Source: Alphaproteobacteria bacterium
Lineage (GTDB): Bacteria; Pseudomonadota; Alphaproteobacteria; GCA-2731375
DNA: 64,000 bases
Assembly: GCA_965225945.1 (NCBI GenBank)
Contig: CBDDBZ010000028.1
Coordinates: 1-64,000 of the forward strand
Direction of reading: 5' to 3'
In this document: one piece after another, positions 50,543 to 63,546 of the stretch
Layout: each line of letters starts with the position of its first letter
Position numbering within the stretch: position 1 is the first letter of the stretch
Made by a program: the position numbers and the translations under genes
Notes under the pieces: generated by a model
Told to the model about the DNA's origin: nothing
Seen by the model: only the letters and a program-made list of their open reading frames with translations
Databases searched by the model: none

Positions 50543-51786
50543 ATGTCCCGCATTCTTCTGCTGATTCCGGTCGCGAGCTACCGGGCCGGGGACTTTCTCG
50601 CCGCCGCGACGCGGCTCGGCATCGACGTCGTCGTCGGCTCCGACCAGGAAATGGTGCTGAGCGAGCTGCGCGGCGCGCGCGGCCTCGCCCTCGATTTCAG
50701 CGATATCGAGGCCGCGGTGACGCGGGTTCGGATCATGGCCAGCAACGCGCCCTTCGAGGCGATCGTCAACGTGGACGACGCGGGCGCGGAATTGGCCGCC
50801 GCGATCGCGGCTGAGCTGGGGCTGGCGCAAAACAGGCCCGAGGCGGTGGCCAGCGCGCGCGACAAATACCGCTTTCGCCGCGCAATCGCCGAGGCCGGAC
50901 TGCCGGGACCGGCCTTCCGGCTGATCTCGCTCGATGACGACCCGAGGGGAATCGCCGGCGAGATCGCCTACCCTTGCGTCGTGAAGCCGCTGACGCTGGC
51001 CATGAGCCGGGGCGTGATCCGCTGCGATGATAGCGCCGCTTTCGTCGACGCCGTCGCCCGGGTTGCCCGCATCATCGCCCGCGACGACGCCGACACGCCC
51101 GGCCGAGCGGGCGATCACCTGCTGGTGGAGGGCTATGTCCCCGGCACCGAATACGCGCTCGAGGGCCTGATTACGCGGGGCCGGCTCAATGTCCTGGCGA
51201 TATTCGACAAGCCCGATGCCCTCGACGGCCCCTTCTTCGAGGAGACGATCTACGTCACCCCGGCCGTCCTCGAGGGGGGCCAGCGGGGGGTGATCCTCGC
51301 GGCCGCCCAAGCCGCTGTCGCGGCCATCGGCCTCATCGACGGTCCGGTCCATGTCGACCTTCGCCTCGATGGCGATGCCGCGGTCGTGCTGGAGGTCGAC
51401 GCCCGCTCGATCGGTGGACATTGTGGCCGCTCGCTCCGCTTCCCGGGCGGGCAGCGGCTCGAGGAAGTCATCCTGCGCCACGCCACGGGCGACGTCTCGG
51501 TCAGTGCCGAGACGGAAGCGGGTGCCGGCGGCGTGATGATGATCCCGATCCAGCGAGCGGGCGGCTGAAGCGAATAGACGGCCTGGCCGCCGCCGAGGGG
51601 GTGGGGGGGATATCGGAGATCTCGATCACCATTCCCCTCGGCCATCCGGTCGAGACCCTGCCGGAGGGGGGCCGCTACCTGGGTTTCATCATCGCCCACG
51701 CCGAGAGCGCCGAAGCGGTCGTGACAGCGCTACGCGCGGCCCACGCGCATCTTCGTTTCGATATCTTGCCCGAGGCCATGGCCTGA
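50543..51786 (+). pseudogene. ATP-grasp domain protein frameshifted near 51563
   Basis: RDK, YPCVVKP..SRGVIR, VEGYVPG.E, FEETIYVTP. The C-terminus (LPEGGRYLGFI) is in another frame; possible sequencing indel. Confidence 0.8.
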
Positions 51787-52099
51787 AGCCGAACCGGCGT
51801 GGCCCGGCGTGGCTCGCCACGAGCGGTCGGACCCGGGCGATCCCTTCGCTGAGCGCCGGGCGCGTCTCGCGAAGGGGGTCATTCTCACTTGGAATGCACC
51901 CCTAGAATGACACCAAGAATCAGGGACAGTTGACCTAATATGGCGCCAAGTTAGTGCTTTTGCTGTTTTTCGCGCTGCCGGCGATGCCTCTCGCGCGCCC
52001 CTGCCTCGGCCTCTTCGCGCGCACGCTCCAGGGTCAGCCGCATGTCGATTTCGAGACGCCCACGGCCGAGGACTTGGCGCGTCGACCGCACCGCATTCC

Positions 52100-52669
52100 T
52101 CATCTGGGAGTGAGAGCCGGAAAAAGCCACTTAATCAACGGGCTGTCCAGGGTCAGCCGCATGTCGAGCACCCACTCCGGTGCCAACCAGTCCAGCATGT
52201 CGGCCCCCTCGGCCATCAACGGCGTCGCCATTGCCTGCCTGAGCCAATTCGGATGGGCCTGCGGCGGCTGCAGAATTCCGGCGAGCAGATAGGCCACCGA
52301 GAGGATGAAGCCGCCGCGCAACAAGCCCAGGAAAAAGCCGAAGATTCGATTGATGACACCGACGTCATCGTGCTCGAACCAACGCCCGACGAAATAGGCC
52401 GCGAGCAAAAAAGCTGCAAGCAGCGAAACGAGCAGCGATACGTCGAGAATGACATCATCGAGCGCGGTCGGTGGCGAGCCGGGACCGCCGGAAGGCTCCA
52501 TGATCGGGAAGATCAGCGCGCAGAGCCCGATGGCGAGGAGCCAAGCAGCGAGCGAGAGCACCGCCCCGACCAAGCCGGCCTTGGCGCTCAAGACCGCCGA
52601 CAACACCAGGAACGCCGCAACGGCGAGGTCGAGGTAGATCGCCTCCTGGTAAATTCCGCTTCCTTCCAT
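52100..52669 (-). CDS. CvpA (colicin V production) family membrane protein
   Basis: Four TM segments and NRIFGFFLGLLRG. Confidence 0.75.
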   Translation of the reverse strand: MEGSGIYQEAIYLDLAVAAFLVLSAVLSAKAGLVGAVLSLAAWLLAIGLCALIFPIMEPSGGPGSPPTALDDVILDVSLLVSLLAAFLLAAYFVGRWFEHDDVGVINRIFGFFLGLLRGGFILSVAYLLAGILQPPQAHPNWLRQAMATPLMAEGADMLDWLAPEWVLDMRLTLDSPLIKWLFPALTPR

Positions 52670-52727
52670 CGCCCCTCAGCCGAATTTCTCCCCAGACGAC
52701 CGCCCCCTTGCCGGGTGGTTAGCATAA

Positions 52728-53730
52728 GGCTCAATTCGTGAATTGTATGCATTAGTGATAGAGTGCCTGGAACGTCAGGAGGTTGGGTTATGGACGGCAA
52801 GGGTTTCCAGGTGTGGCTTTCGGCGGCGCGCGGGCTGACGCGCGCGCAGCGGCGCGAGGCGCTCGCGGTGCTGTCGGGCCGGAGCGAGGGCGAGGCATCG
52901 AAGGCCGCGATCGAGCTTGGTGTGGACGAGGCCCGGCGCTGTCCGCACTGCGTGAGCGAAGGGGCGGTTTCGCGCGGTATGGCGCGGGGTCTGCGGCGCT
53001 ACCAGTGCAAGGGCTGCGGCAGGACCTTCAACGCGCTGAGCGGTACGCCGCTGTCGGGCTTGCACCACAAGGAACGCTGGCTGTCGTTCGGGGCGTCGCT
53101 CAGGCCTCGGCGGCGCGCTGCGACGTGGCGGTGAGCACGGCGTTCCGCTGGCGTCACCGGTTTCTGGCGGCGGCGCGGAGCGATTCGAGGTGCTCAAGGG
53201 GATCGTGGAAGCGGACGAGACCTACGTCCTGGAGAGCCGGAAGGGCGCGCGCGGGCTGGGGCGCAAGGCACGGCGGCGGGGCGGCAAGGCGAAGAAGCGC
53301 GGCCTCTCGCGCGAGCAGGTACCGGTTCTCATGGCGGCGGACCGGAGCGGAACGACGGTCAGCGCGGTGCTGCCCAGGGTCGATGCGGCGGCGCTCACGG
53401 CTGCCCTCGACCCGGTGGTCGCGAAACGCCCTGCTGGTCTCCGACGGCGGCGCGAGCTACCCACCGTGCGCCGCCGCGCTCGGGGTGAGCCACGAAGCAC
53501 TCAACCGCTCGATGGGGGAACGGGTTCGGGGCGATCTGCATGTGCAGACGGTGAACAGCCGCCACAGCCGGTTGAAGGACTTCCTGCGTCCCCGCCGCGG
53601 CATCGCCACCCGCTATCTGGACAACTACCTGAGCTGGTTCCACCTCGTCGGCCTCGCCCCCGGCGCCAATGACCGAGCCTGCCTCGCCGCCGCCGTAACA
53701 AGGTGACGCATACAATTCACGAATTGAGCC
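52728..53730 (+). mobile_element. IS1595-family insertion sequence with frameshifted transposase
   Basis: Perfect 23-bp inverted repeats GGCTCAATTCGTGAATTGTATGC and an 8-bp target duplication TAGCATAA. Zn finger CPHC...CKGC, EADETY, SDG, GIATRYL are spread over several frames. Confidence 0.92.
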
Positions 53731-53774
53731 TAGCATAATGGGTATCCGGCCGCGCAATTCCGCCGGAATGGTTG

Positions 53775-54149
53775 TCAGTCGAACTTGAATTGCGCACCGA
53801 AGACGACTGCCACCACCCCCAGGGCGGTGGCGGCGGCGAGGGCATACATCACGACCACGGCGGCGCCCAGAAACACCATGTTCTTCATGGTCTTGATCGG
53901 ATGGATCTTTCGGTCCTGATCACGGCGGTCGGGATCGCGCCGATTTGGGCCGGCGACCAGGGTAATGAAAAGGTGCTGGAAGCTGGCGCGTATGTCGACA
54001 GGGTGATCGCGCCATGGCCTTGTTTCGGTGATCACCCGACGCAGCCTCGCCAACTGATCTTCCGACAAAGCATCGATGATGTCGCGTGGCAGCCGTTCCG
54101 TCACGTCCTTGGCGTGTAGCTCGTCGCGACTGGCTTCTTCCCTCGCCAT
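53775..54149 (-). CDS. Hypothetical membrane protein
   Basis: HPVDIR...LVAG..RR motif followed by a C-terminal TM region. Confidence 0.7.
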   Translation of the reverse strand: MAREEASRDELHAKDVTERLPRDIIDALSEDQLARLRRVITETRPWRDHPVDIRASFQHLFITLVAGPNRRDPDRRDQDRKIHPIKTMKNMVFLGAAVVVMYALAAATALGVVAVVFGAQFKFD

Positions 54150-54271
54150 GAGCCGTCCCCGTTGCCGCACCCGCAATCTTCTTAATCGATATTTCCCAGA
54201 TGACAGCCGGTTCTCGGTATCAGAGTAACCATTTGGGCTCTCGACAGCAATCTGGAGGCCGACGGAAGAGT

Positions 54272-54523
54272 GGCGTCAGATCTTGGAGGCCCAGGGTCAG
54301 GTCTTGAATGTTGAATTGGCTCGGGCTTCCCAGGCCTCGATGATCTTGCCGGCGGAGGAATAGGGCAGCCCCGCCTCGTCGGCGATCCGGCGCATGGTAT
54401 CGCCATGGTCGCGATACGCCCGCGCCATCCCTTCCGCGCATCGAGCGCCGTGCCGAGCGCGTTGCCGCGGCCGGTCACATGATGGAGCGCGCCCGGAAAC
54501 TCGATGCGGAGCGGTCTCGACGT
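54272..54523 (-). pseudogene. Internally deleted RAYT (REP-associated Y1 transposase) relic with adjacent REP-type end
   Basis: N-terminal SRPLRIEFPGALHHVTGRGNA (start mutated to ACG) fused out of frame to a C-terminal HTH (AYRDHGDTMRRIADEAGL), followed by CAAGACCTGACCC and CAAGATCTGACGC. Confidence 0.75.
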
Positions 54524-54696
54524 GCCTCGCCACGATAGCGCGCGGGCCGGAGACGACAAAAAATTCGAGCCGCGAGGGGGGATTCGCGGCTCGAAGTACA
54601 GGGAGGCGTCAACAAACTGGATTAGATCCAGTGATCAAACCGTGGCAGTCAAACCATAGCGTCGGCCTGATCGAGTGTGATGATAGGGCGCAATCG

Positions 54697-54712
54697 TTAA
54701 TCAACCGTTAAC
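54697..54712. promoter_or_regulatory. CtrA-type binding site
   Basis: TTAA-TCAACCG-TTAAC matches TTAA-N7-TTAAC in intergenic DNA of a high-GC alphaproteobacterium. Confidence 0.7.
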
Positions 54713-54751
54713 GACGAGAAGAAATTTCGGACGCCCGCGCGGGTCGCACCA

Positions 54752-54931
54752 TCAGCTCTTGAAGAACGATTCGGCCGTGCCCCGATGCGAGGTCTTGGCG
54801 CCGATCATCTCGCGCGCACGGGCAATCTCGCCCTCGAGGTCGGCGATATAGGCCTCGAGCTCCGCGATCCCCATGATTTCCAGGTTGGGCCGCTCCAGTT
54901 GCGGCCGGCGTACCTCTTCCTCGTCCATCAT
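54752..54931 (-). CDS. DUF1192 family small protein (59 aa, absent from the ORF track)
   Basis: MMDEEE...LEIMGIAELEAYIADLEGEIAR...AESFFKS, divergent from the quinone oxidoreductase gene. Confidence 0.85.
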   Translation of the reverse strand: MMDEEEVRRPQLERPNLEIMGIAELEAYIADLEGEIARAREMIGAKTSHRGTAESFFKS

Positions 54932-55029
54932 CGCGCCCCATTCCGCGGGATTGCCATCCCCGCTCCAACATACTAGACGATCCGGCGTTTCCGAATTGCC
55001 TTGAACCCCCCTGCGAGGACCCCCGAGCG

Positions 55030-56031
55030 ATGACCCGACTTCCCGAAACCATGACTGCCATCGAGATCACCAAGCCCGGCGCGCCGGAGGTCCTGAAGCC
55101 GACCACCCGGCCGGTGCCGGTCGCGGGGCCGGGCGAGGTGCTGATCAGGGTCGCCGCGGCCGGCGTCAACCGGCCCGACGTCGCCCAGCGCGAGGGCAAC
55201 TACGCACCCCCGCCGGGCGTCACCGATATCCCGGGCTTGGAGATCGCCGGCGAGATCGTCGCGCTCGGCGAGGGCGTCGACGACTGGCGCATCGGCGAGT
55301 GCGCCTGCGCCCTGGTCGCGGGCGGCGGCTATGCCGAATATTGCCCCGCGCCGGCGGCGCAGTGCCTGGCGGTGCCGAAAGGCCTGGACCTGGTCCAGGC
55401 GGCGGCGCTGCCGGAGACCTTCATGACGGTGTGGACCAACGTCTTCCAACGCGGCCGACTGCAAGCCGGCGAATGGGTGCTGATTCATGGCGGCTCCAGC
55501 GGGATCGGCACCACGGCGATCCAACTCGCCCACGCCTTCGGCGCCCGCGTGCTGGCGACCGCCGGCACGGGCGAGAAATGCCGGGTTTGCGCCGAACTCG
55601 GCGCGGTGCGCGCGATCAACTACCGGGAAGAGGATTTCGTGGCGATCGCCAAGCAGGCGACCGGCGGCAAGGGCGTCGATGTGATCCTCGACATGGTGGG
55701 TGGCGAATACATCCAGCGCAACCTCTCGGCGCTGGCGCTCGAGGGCCGGCTGGTGCAGATCGCCTTCCTCGAGAGCCCCAGGGTCGCCTCGATGAACTTC
55801 ATGCCGTTGATGTTGAAGCGACTGACCATTACCGGCTCGACGCTCAGGCCCCGCACGGTCGAAGAGAAGGGGAAAATCGCGGCCGAGTTGCGCGAGAAGG
55901 TTTGGCCGCTGATCGAGGCGGGCGAGATCGCCCCGGTGATGGACTCGAGCTATCCGCTGGCCGAGGCGAGCGCCGCGCACGCGCGCATGGAATCGAGCCT
56001 CCACATCGGCAAGATCATGCTCACCACCTAG
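55030..56031 (+). CDS. NAD(P)H:quinone oxidoreductase, PIG3 family
   Basis: GVNRPD, PGLE, HGGSSGIG, GSTLRPR, HIGKI. Confidence 0.92.
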   Translation: MTRLPETMTAIEITKPGAPEVLKPTTRPVPVAGPGEVLIRVAAAGVNRPDVAQREGNYAPPPGVTDIPGLEIAGEIVALGEGVDDWRIGECACALVAGGGYAEYCPAPAAQCLAVPKGLDLVQAAALPETFMTVWTNVFQRGRLQAGEWVLIHGGSSGIGTTAIQLAHAFGARVLATAGTGEKCRVCAELGAVRAINYREEDFVAIAKQATGGKGVDVILDMVGGEYIQRNLSALALEGRLVQIAFLESPRVASMNFMPLMLKRLTITGSTLRPRTVEEKGKIAAELREKVWPLIEAGEIAPVMDSSYPLAEASAAHARMESSLHIGKIMLTT

Positions 56032-56102
56032 AGCATGATCCGACGGCGCGATAAGCCTGCCAATGACGGTGAATGTCGTCATTCGAAGAGCCGAATGAAG
56101 GC

Positions 56103-56504
56103 TCAGCCTATGGCGGCGAGCAGGTCTTCCAGGTGCCGCGCGCGGGCTTCCGCCTTGAGCCGGGCCTCGTCGTCCTTGGCGTCCTCGATGTCCTCGCGGG
56201 CGTCCTGGATCCGCTGTTCCAGGCCCGCGCGGTCGAGTTCGGCCACGGGGATCGCCTCGTCGGCCAGGACCACGAGCTTGTCGCGGGCCACCTCCAGGAC
56301 GCCGCCGGCGACGAAGATCCGCTCGGCGCCGGATTCGCTTCCCCCGACCTCGATCACGCCGGGTCTGAGGGTGGCGATCATCGGCGCGTGACCGGGCAGG
56401 ATGCCCATGTCGCCCTCGGCGCCGGGCAGCGACACCATCGCCGCCTCGACCGCAAGCAGCAGCCGTTCCGGCGAGACCAGCTCGAAGGCCAGCATGTCGG
56501 CCAT
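56103..56504 (-). CDS. atpC: ATP synthase epsilon subunit
   Basis: FELVSPER, GILPGHAP; operon position. Confidence 0.95.
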   Translation of the reverse strand: MADMLAFELVSPERLLLAVEAAMVSLPGAEGDMGILPGHAPMIATLRPGVIEVGGSESGAERIFVAGGVLEVARDKLVVLADEAIPVAELDRAGLEQRIQDAREDIEDAKDDEARLKAEARARHLEDLLAAIG

Positions 56505-56535
56505 CCTCCTCCTCCGCTTTCCGCTTTCCGCGCGC

Positions 56536-57990
<1,455 letters not shown>

Positions 57991-58278
57991 CTAGTGGATA
58001 GAATCCAACATATGGTACCCCTAAACGATCCCATATCCTGGTTTCTCGCCAGGAGGGCGCCCGCCGGCGATGCCGGGGCATCGTCAAGGGTGCCCGACGC
58101 CCCGAGAAGCCAGGATTTGGGAGAAGCCAGGATATGGGACCCGAAGGGCGGCTTCCCGAGCCCGCCGGAGGCGTTGCCCGGCGCTTGTGATGCGCCCCCA
58201 TCACGGCGCACCGGGCGCCTTTCCGGACGAGCTCGGGAAACCGTCGTAGGGGTGCCATATGTTGGATTCTATCCACTG
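57991..58278. mobile_element. MITE family A, copy 1 (inside the atp operon)
   Basis: Long inverted repeats TGGATAGAATCCAACATATGGTACCCC and two internal hairpins; near-identical to 63240-63509. Confidence 0.9.
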
Positions 58279-59177
58279 AGGGCTTCCGCGCCGGAGACGA
58301 TTTCGATCAACTCCCTGGTGATCATCGCCTGGCGCGTTCGGTTGTATTGCAAACTGAGCTTGTCGATCATATCGCCCGCGTTGCGGGTCGCGTTGTCCAT
58401 CGCCGTCATCCGCGCCGCCTGCTCGGCGGCGCCGCTCTCCAGCATCGCCTTGAAGATCTGGACGGCGAGGTTGCGCGGCAACAGATCGGCCAGCAACTCG
58501 GTCTCTTCCGGCTCATACTCGTAGATCGCGCCACCGAGATCAGGGGCCCCCGCCTCGCTCTCGTCGTCACGCGCGCCCTCCGGCGCCAGCAGCGGGATCA
58601 ACTGCCGCACGTTCAGCTCCTGGCTGATGACGCTCTTGAAGGCATTGAAGATGATGGTGCAGACGTCGAACTCGCCGGCCTCGAAGCGGCCGATGACGCC
58701 CTGGGCGATCTCGTTGGCGCGCGCGTAGCTCGGCGTCCGCATCTCCCGGAGCGTGATGTAGTCGACGATGATCGCCTCGAACTCGCGACGCAGGGTGTCG
58801 TTGCCCTTCTTGCCGACCAGCAGCAGCTCGACCTGCTTGCCCGCCTCCCTGAGCTCGCCGATCAGGCGCCGGGCCCGGCGCGTTACCTGGGAATTGAAGG
58901 CACCACAGAGGCCGCGCTCCGCTGTCATCACCACGACCAGATGCACCGCGTCGCGACCGCTGCCGACCATCAGCGGCGGCGCCCCCTCGAGGCTCGCGAG
59001 GTTGGCGGCGACGGAGCCCAGCAGACGCGCCATGCGCTCGGAATAGGGTCGCGCCTGCTCCGCCGATTCCTGCGCCCGGCGCAGCTTGGCGGCGGAGACC
59101 ATCTGCATCGCGCGGGTGATCTTCTGCGTCGACTTGACGCTGGTGATCCGGTTGCGCAGGTCCTTGAGGTTGGCCAT
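58269..59177 (-). CDS. atpG: ATP synthase gamma subunit
   Basis: KITRAMQMV, RGLCGAFN, ARMTAMDNATRNA, RQAMITREL. Confidence 0.97.
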   Translation of the reverse strand: MANLKDLRNRITSVKSTQKITRAMQMVSAAKLRRAQESAEQARPYSERMARLLGSVAANLASLEGAPPLMVGSGRDAVHLVVVMTAERGLCGAFNSQVTRRARRLIGELREAGKQVELLLVGKKGNDTLRREFEAIIVDYITLREMRTPSYARANEIAQGVIGRFEAGEFDVCTIIFNAFKSVISQELNVRQLIPLLAPEGARDDESEAGAPDLGGAIYEYEPEETELLADLLPRNLAVQIFKAMLESGAAEQAARMTAMDNATRNAGDMIDKLSLQYNRTRQAMITRELIEIVSGAEALSG

Positions 59178-59213
59178 GGCGGTTCGGCGCCTCTATTCGC
59201 GTCCCACGCCGGC

Positions 59214-60742
<1,529 letters not shown>

Positions 60743-60746
<4 letters not shown>

Positions 60747-61303
60747 TCAACCCCTTTCATGGCGAAACGAAGATTCCGCAGCTTGGTGCGGAGGGAGGAA
60801 TCGATCATCCGCGAGCCGATCTTGACGATCAGCCCGCCGAGGATGTTCGGGTCGACGCGCGCCGCCACCGAAACCTCGGTCCGCATCGCCGCCGTGAGCT
60901 CGGTCCTGACGGCGGCCGTTTGGCCCTCGTCGAGCGGCCAGGCGCTGGTGACCTCGGCCACCACCTCCCCCCGGTGGCGAGACAGGAGGCGCTGGAAGCC
61001 CAGCGCCATGCCGTCGAGCGCGAAGAGCCGGCGGTTGCCGGCGACCACGCCGACGAAATTGGCGACCAGCGTGCCGACGCCGAGCGCGGCCAAAACAGCG
61101 GCCATGGCCGTGCTCTGGGTCTTGGCGTCGTAGATCGGGTTGCTCACCAGGCGGCGGAGATCGGCGCTTTCGGCGATCGCGGCGCGGATCGTCGCCACGT
61201 CGCCCGCGACCGCGTCCAGCCCGTCCTGGTCACGCGCAAGCTCGAACAGCGCCGTCGCGTAACGTCCGGCGATGTCCGATACCAGAGTCGTTGCCGTGGC
61301 CAC
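60743..61303 (-). CDS. atpH: ATP synthase delta subunit
   Basis: [24 protein letters not shown]. Confidence 0.95.
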
Positions 61304-61546
61304 CCGCGGATCGCCCCCACCTTGGTCGGTCGGCCACCGGCCGTCGACATCTAAACTATTGTTCCGCTTGTAAAAAACAACGTCGAGATGGCCGACCCGC
61401 CGCCCCTCCGGCGGCGCGCGGGCTATCTAGCATGGTCCATCGGGGCGTGCAAGGCGACTTGGGCGCGGCCCTCGACATCCGCGCGCGACGCGCGCCGGCC
61501 AGCCTGCTTATCGAGGGACGCGCGCCTTCGAGCGGCGGCGGAAGGC

Positions 61547-62362
61547 TCAAAGCGCCGCCAGTTCGGCGTTCCGCAGGTCGGTCACCAGCATGCAGGCCGG
61601 CTTGTGGGTGATGCAGATCGGCGGCTTGGCCTGCTCCACCACCGATTGCGGCGTGACGCCGCAGGCCCAGAAGACCGGGATCTCGTCGTCCCGGATATCG
61701 GGCGTGCCGCACTGCCAGGACTGATTGACGTCGTCGATGCCGATCAGATCCGGCCGGCCGATGTGCACCGGCGCGCCGTGGACGCCGGGGAAGCGCGTGG
61801 TGATCTGGATCGCGCGAATCGCATCCGCCGGCGAGAACGGCCGCATCGACACCACGAGCTTACCTGCGAAGCGTCCCGCCGGCTTGCAGTCGATGTCGGT
61901 GAGGTAGATCGGCACGTTCTCGCGGTTGTCGAAATGACGCAGCGGCAGGCCGCCTTCGATCAGCGCCTCCTCGAAGGAGAGCGAGCAGCCCATCGCGAAG
62001 GTCACCATGTCGTCCCGCCAGAGCTGGCGAATATCGCTCACGTCCTCGACGAATTGGCCGTCGCGAAAAATCCGGTATTGCGGCACGTCGGTGCGGATGT
62101 CGATGTCCTCGCCCAGCTCCGGCAGCGCCGGATCGCCCGGCGCCGACATCGCCAGAAGCGGACAGGGCCGGGGATTGCGCTGACAGAAGGTTTGGAACTC
62201 GTACGCGTAGTCGAGCGGCAGGATGCAGATGTTGGTATGCACATAGCCCGGCACCTGGCCGACGGTGTAATGCTCGAAGTCGCCCTCCCGGATCGCCCGG
62301 CGCAGGTCGCGCGGCTGGTCGAAAAAGGGAATTTCGTTGCCCTCGACGGCGGCAATAGACAT
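61547..62362 (-). CDS. DUF1445 putative hydro-lyase (D-glutamate cyclase-like)
   Basis: FCQRNPRPCPLL, GCSLSFE, HGAPVH, FWACGVTPQ, ITHKP. Confidence 0.9.
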   Translation of the reverse strand: MSIAAVEGNEIPFFDQPRDLRRAIREGDFEHYTVGQVPGYVHTNICILPLDYAYEFQTFCQRNPRPCPLLAMSAPGDPALPELGEDIDIRTDVPQYRIFRDGQFVEDVSDIRQLWRDDMVTFAMGCSLSFEEALIEGGLPLRHFDNRENVPIYLTDIDCKPAGRFAGKLVVSMRPFSPADAIRAIQITTRFPGVHGAPVHIGRPDLIGIDDVNQSWQCGTPDIRDDEIPVFWACGVTPQSVVEQAKPPICITHKPACMLVTDLRNAELAAL

Positions 62363-62387
62363 TTTCGTCGCTCCTTCTCGCCTGGGC

Positions 62388-63152
62388 TCAGCTTCCGGCG
62401 TGGATCTCGGCCCAGTATTCGTGTGTCAGGGAATCGATCATGGCGTCGTGGCGCAGGCGAAGACAGACCCGCACGGCCTCGCCGCTCGCGTGGCTCATGG
62501 TAAGGGCGCAATCATCGAAGGCGGCCCGGGCCAGCGCCAGGCCCTGGGCGTCCGCCCCGGCGAAGGGCCGCGCGACGACACGAGCCCAGATGGCCTGGGC
62601 GCGCTTCGGCAGGCCGCCGGCGGACATCGCGTTGATCAACGCGTTGGTGGCGCCGAGGGCGACGAATCGCGGCCCTTGCTCCACCACCCGGCGGCCGATC
62701 GCCCGGAGCGCGCCGGTGCTCCGCGCGACCGCGTCCATGTCGTCCTCGCCCCTCGGCACCAGGGAGACCTCGGGCCCGACCTCGATCCAGGCGGCGCGCG
62801 CGCCCTCCCGTTCCAGGGTCGCGCTCGGAACCCGGACAGCCACGGCGGCGAAGCTGCGGGCGCTCCGAAACGTGACCAGGCCCTCGACCCCGAGGCGGCG
62901 GACCGTGCCGTCGCCGCGCCGGAGCACGAGCGTCACCCGGCCGGCGCCGGCGAGGTCGTAGGCGGTGCCCCGGCGCGGCGCCACTCGGCCTTGCTGTAGG
63001 CAAAACGCCGTGAGCTCGGCCCGGCAGCTCTCGCCGGCGCACACCAACGCCACCGGCATCGAGGTTTGCACCAGAGCCAGGATTTGCGGCGAGGCCGCCA
63101 GCGCGCCCGTCGACGAGGCGGCGAGGAGGAGCGCCCATATGAACTGCCGCAT
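62388..63152 (-). CDS. Hypothetical exported Cys-containing protein
   Basis: Signal peptide, C-x4-C...FCLQ..R..P, and further C-terminal Cys. Confidence 0.7.
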   Translation of the reverse strand: MRQFIWALLLAASSTGALAASPQILALVQTSMPVALVCAGESCRAELTAFCLQQGRVAPRRGTAYDLAGAGRVTLVLRRGDGTVRRLGVEGLVTFRSARSFAAVAVRVPSATLEREGARAAWIEVGPEVSLVPRGEDDMDAVARSTGALRAIGRRVVEQGPRFVALGATNALINAMSAGGLPKRAQAIWARVVARPFAGADAQGLALARAAFDDCALTMSHASGEAVRVCLRLRHDAMIDSLTHEYWAEIHAGS

Positions 63153-63239
63153 CGTTTTTCCTCTCGTCGTCGCGAGACCGCGGCGCTTGCCGTCGGAGCC
63201 ATAATTGCGCCCAAATACGGCTCTAGGGCATGATCCGAC

Positions 63240-63509
63240 CTGGTGGATAGAATCCAACATATGGTACCCCTACGATCCCATATCCTGGTTTCTCGGCAGG
63301 AGGGCGCCCGTCGGCGATGCCGGCACATCGTCAAGGGTGCCCGACGCCCCGAGAAGCCAGGATATGGGACCCGAAGGGCGGCTTCCCGAGCCCGCCGGAC
63401 GCGTTGCCCGGCGCTTGTGATGCGCCAGCATCACGGCGCACCGGGCGCCTTTCCGGACGAACTCGGGAAACCGTCGTAGGGGTACCATATGTTGGATTCT
63501 ATCCACTAG
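63240..63509. mobile_element. MITE family A, copy 2
   Basis: Perfect 32-bp inverted repeats 63244-63275/63474-63505, flanked by CTGG and CTAG. Confidence 0.92.
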
Positions 63510-63546
63510 GTAATGATTCTGCCGCTCTCCGTCGCGAGGCGTCAAC

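Noticed and set aside
51875-51902. Weak GGGGT...ACCCC palindrome downstream of the ATP-grasp gene
   Set aside because: Short and imperfect, with no second copy seen in the window.
56013-56040. GATCATGCTC/GAGCATGATC hairpin as a terminator
   Set aside because: No U-tract; the right arm is better explained as a family B terminus that happens to match the KIML codons.
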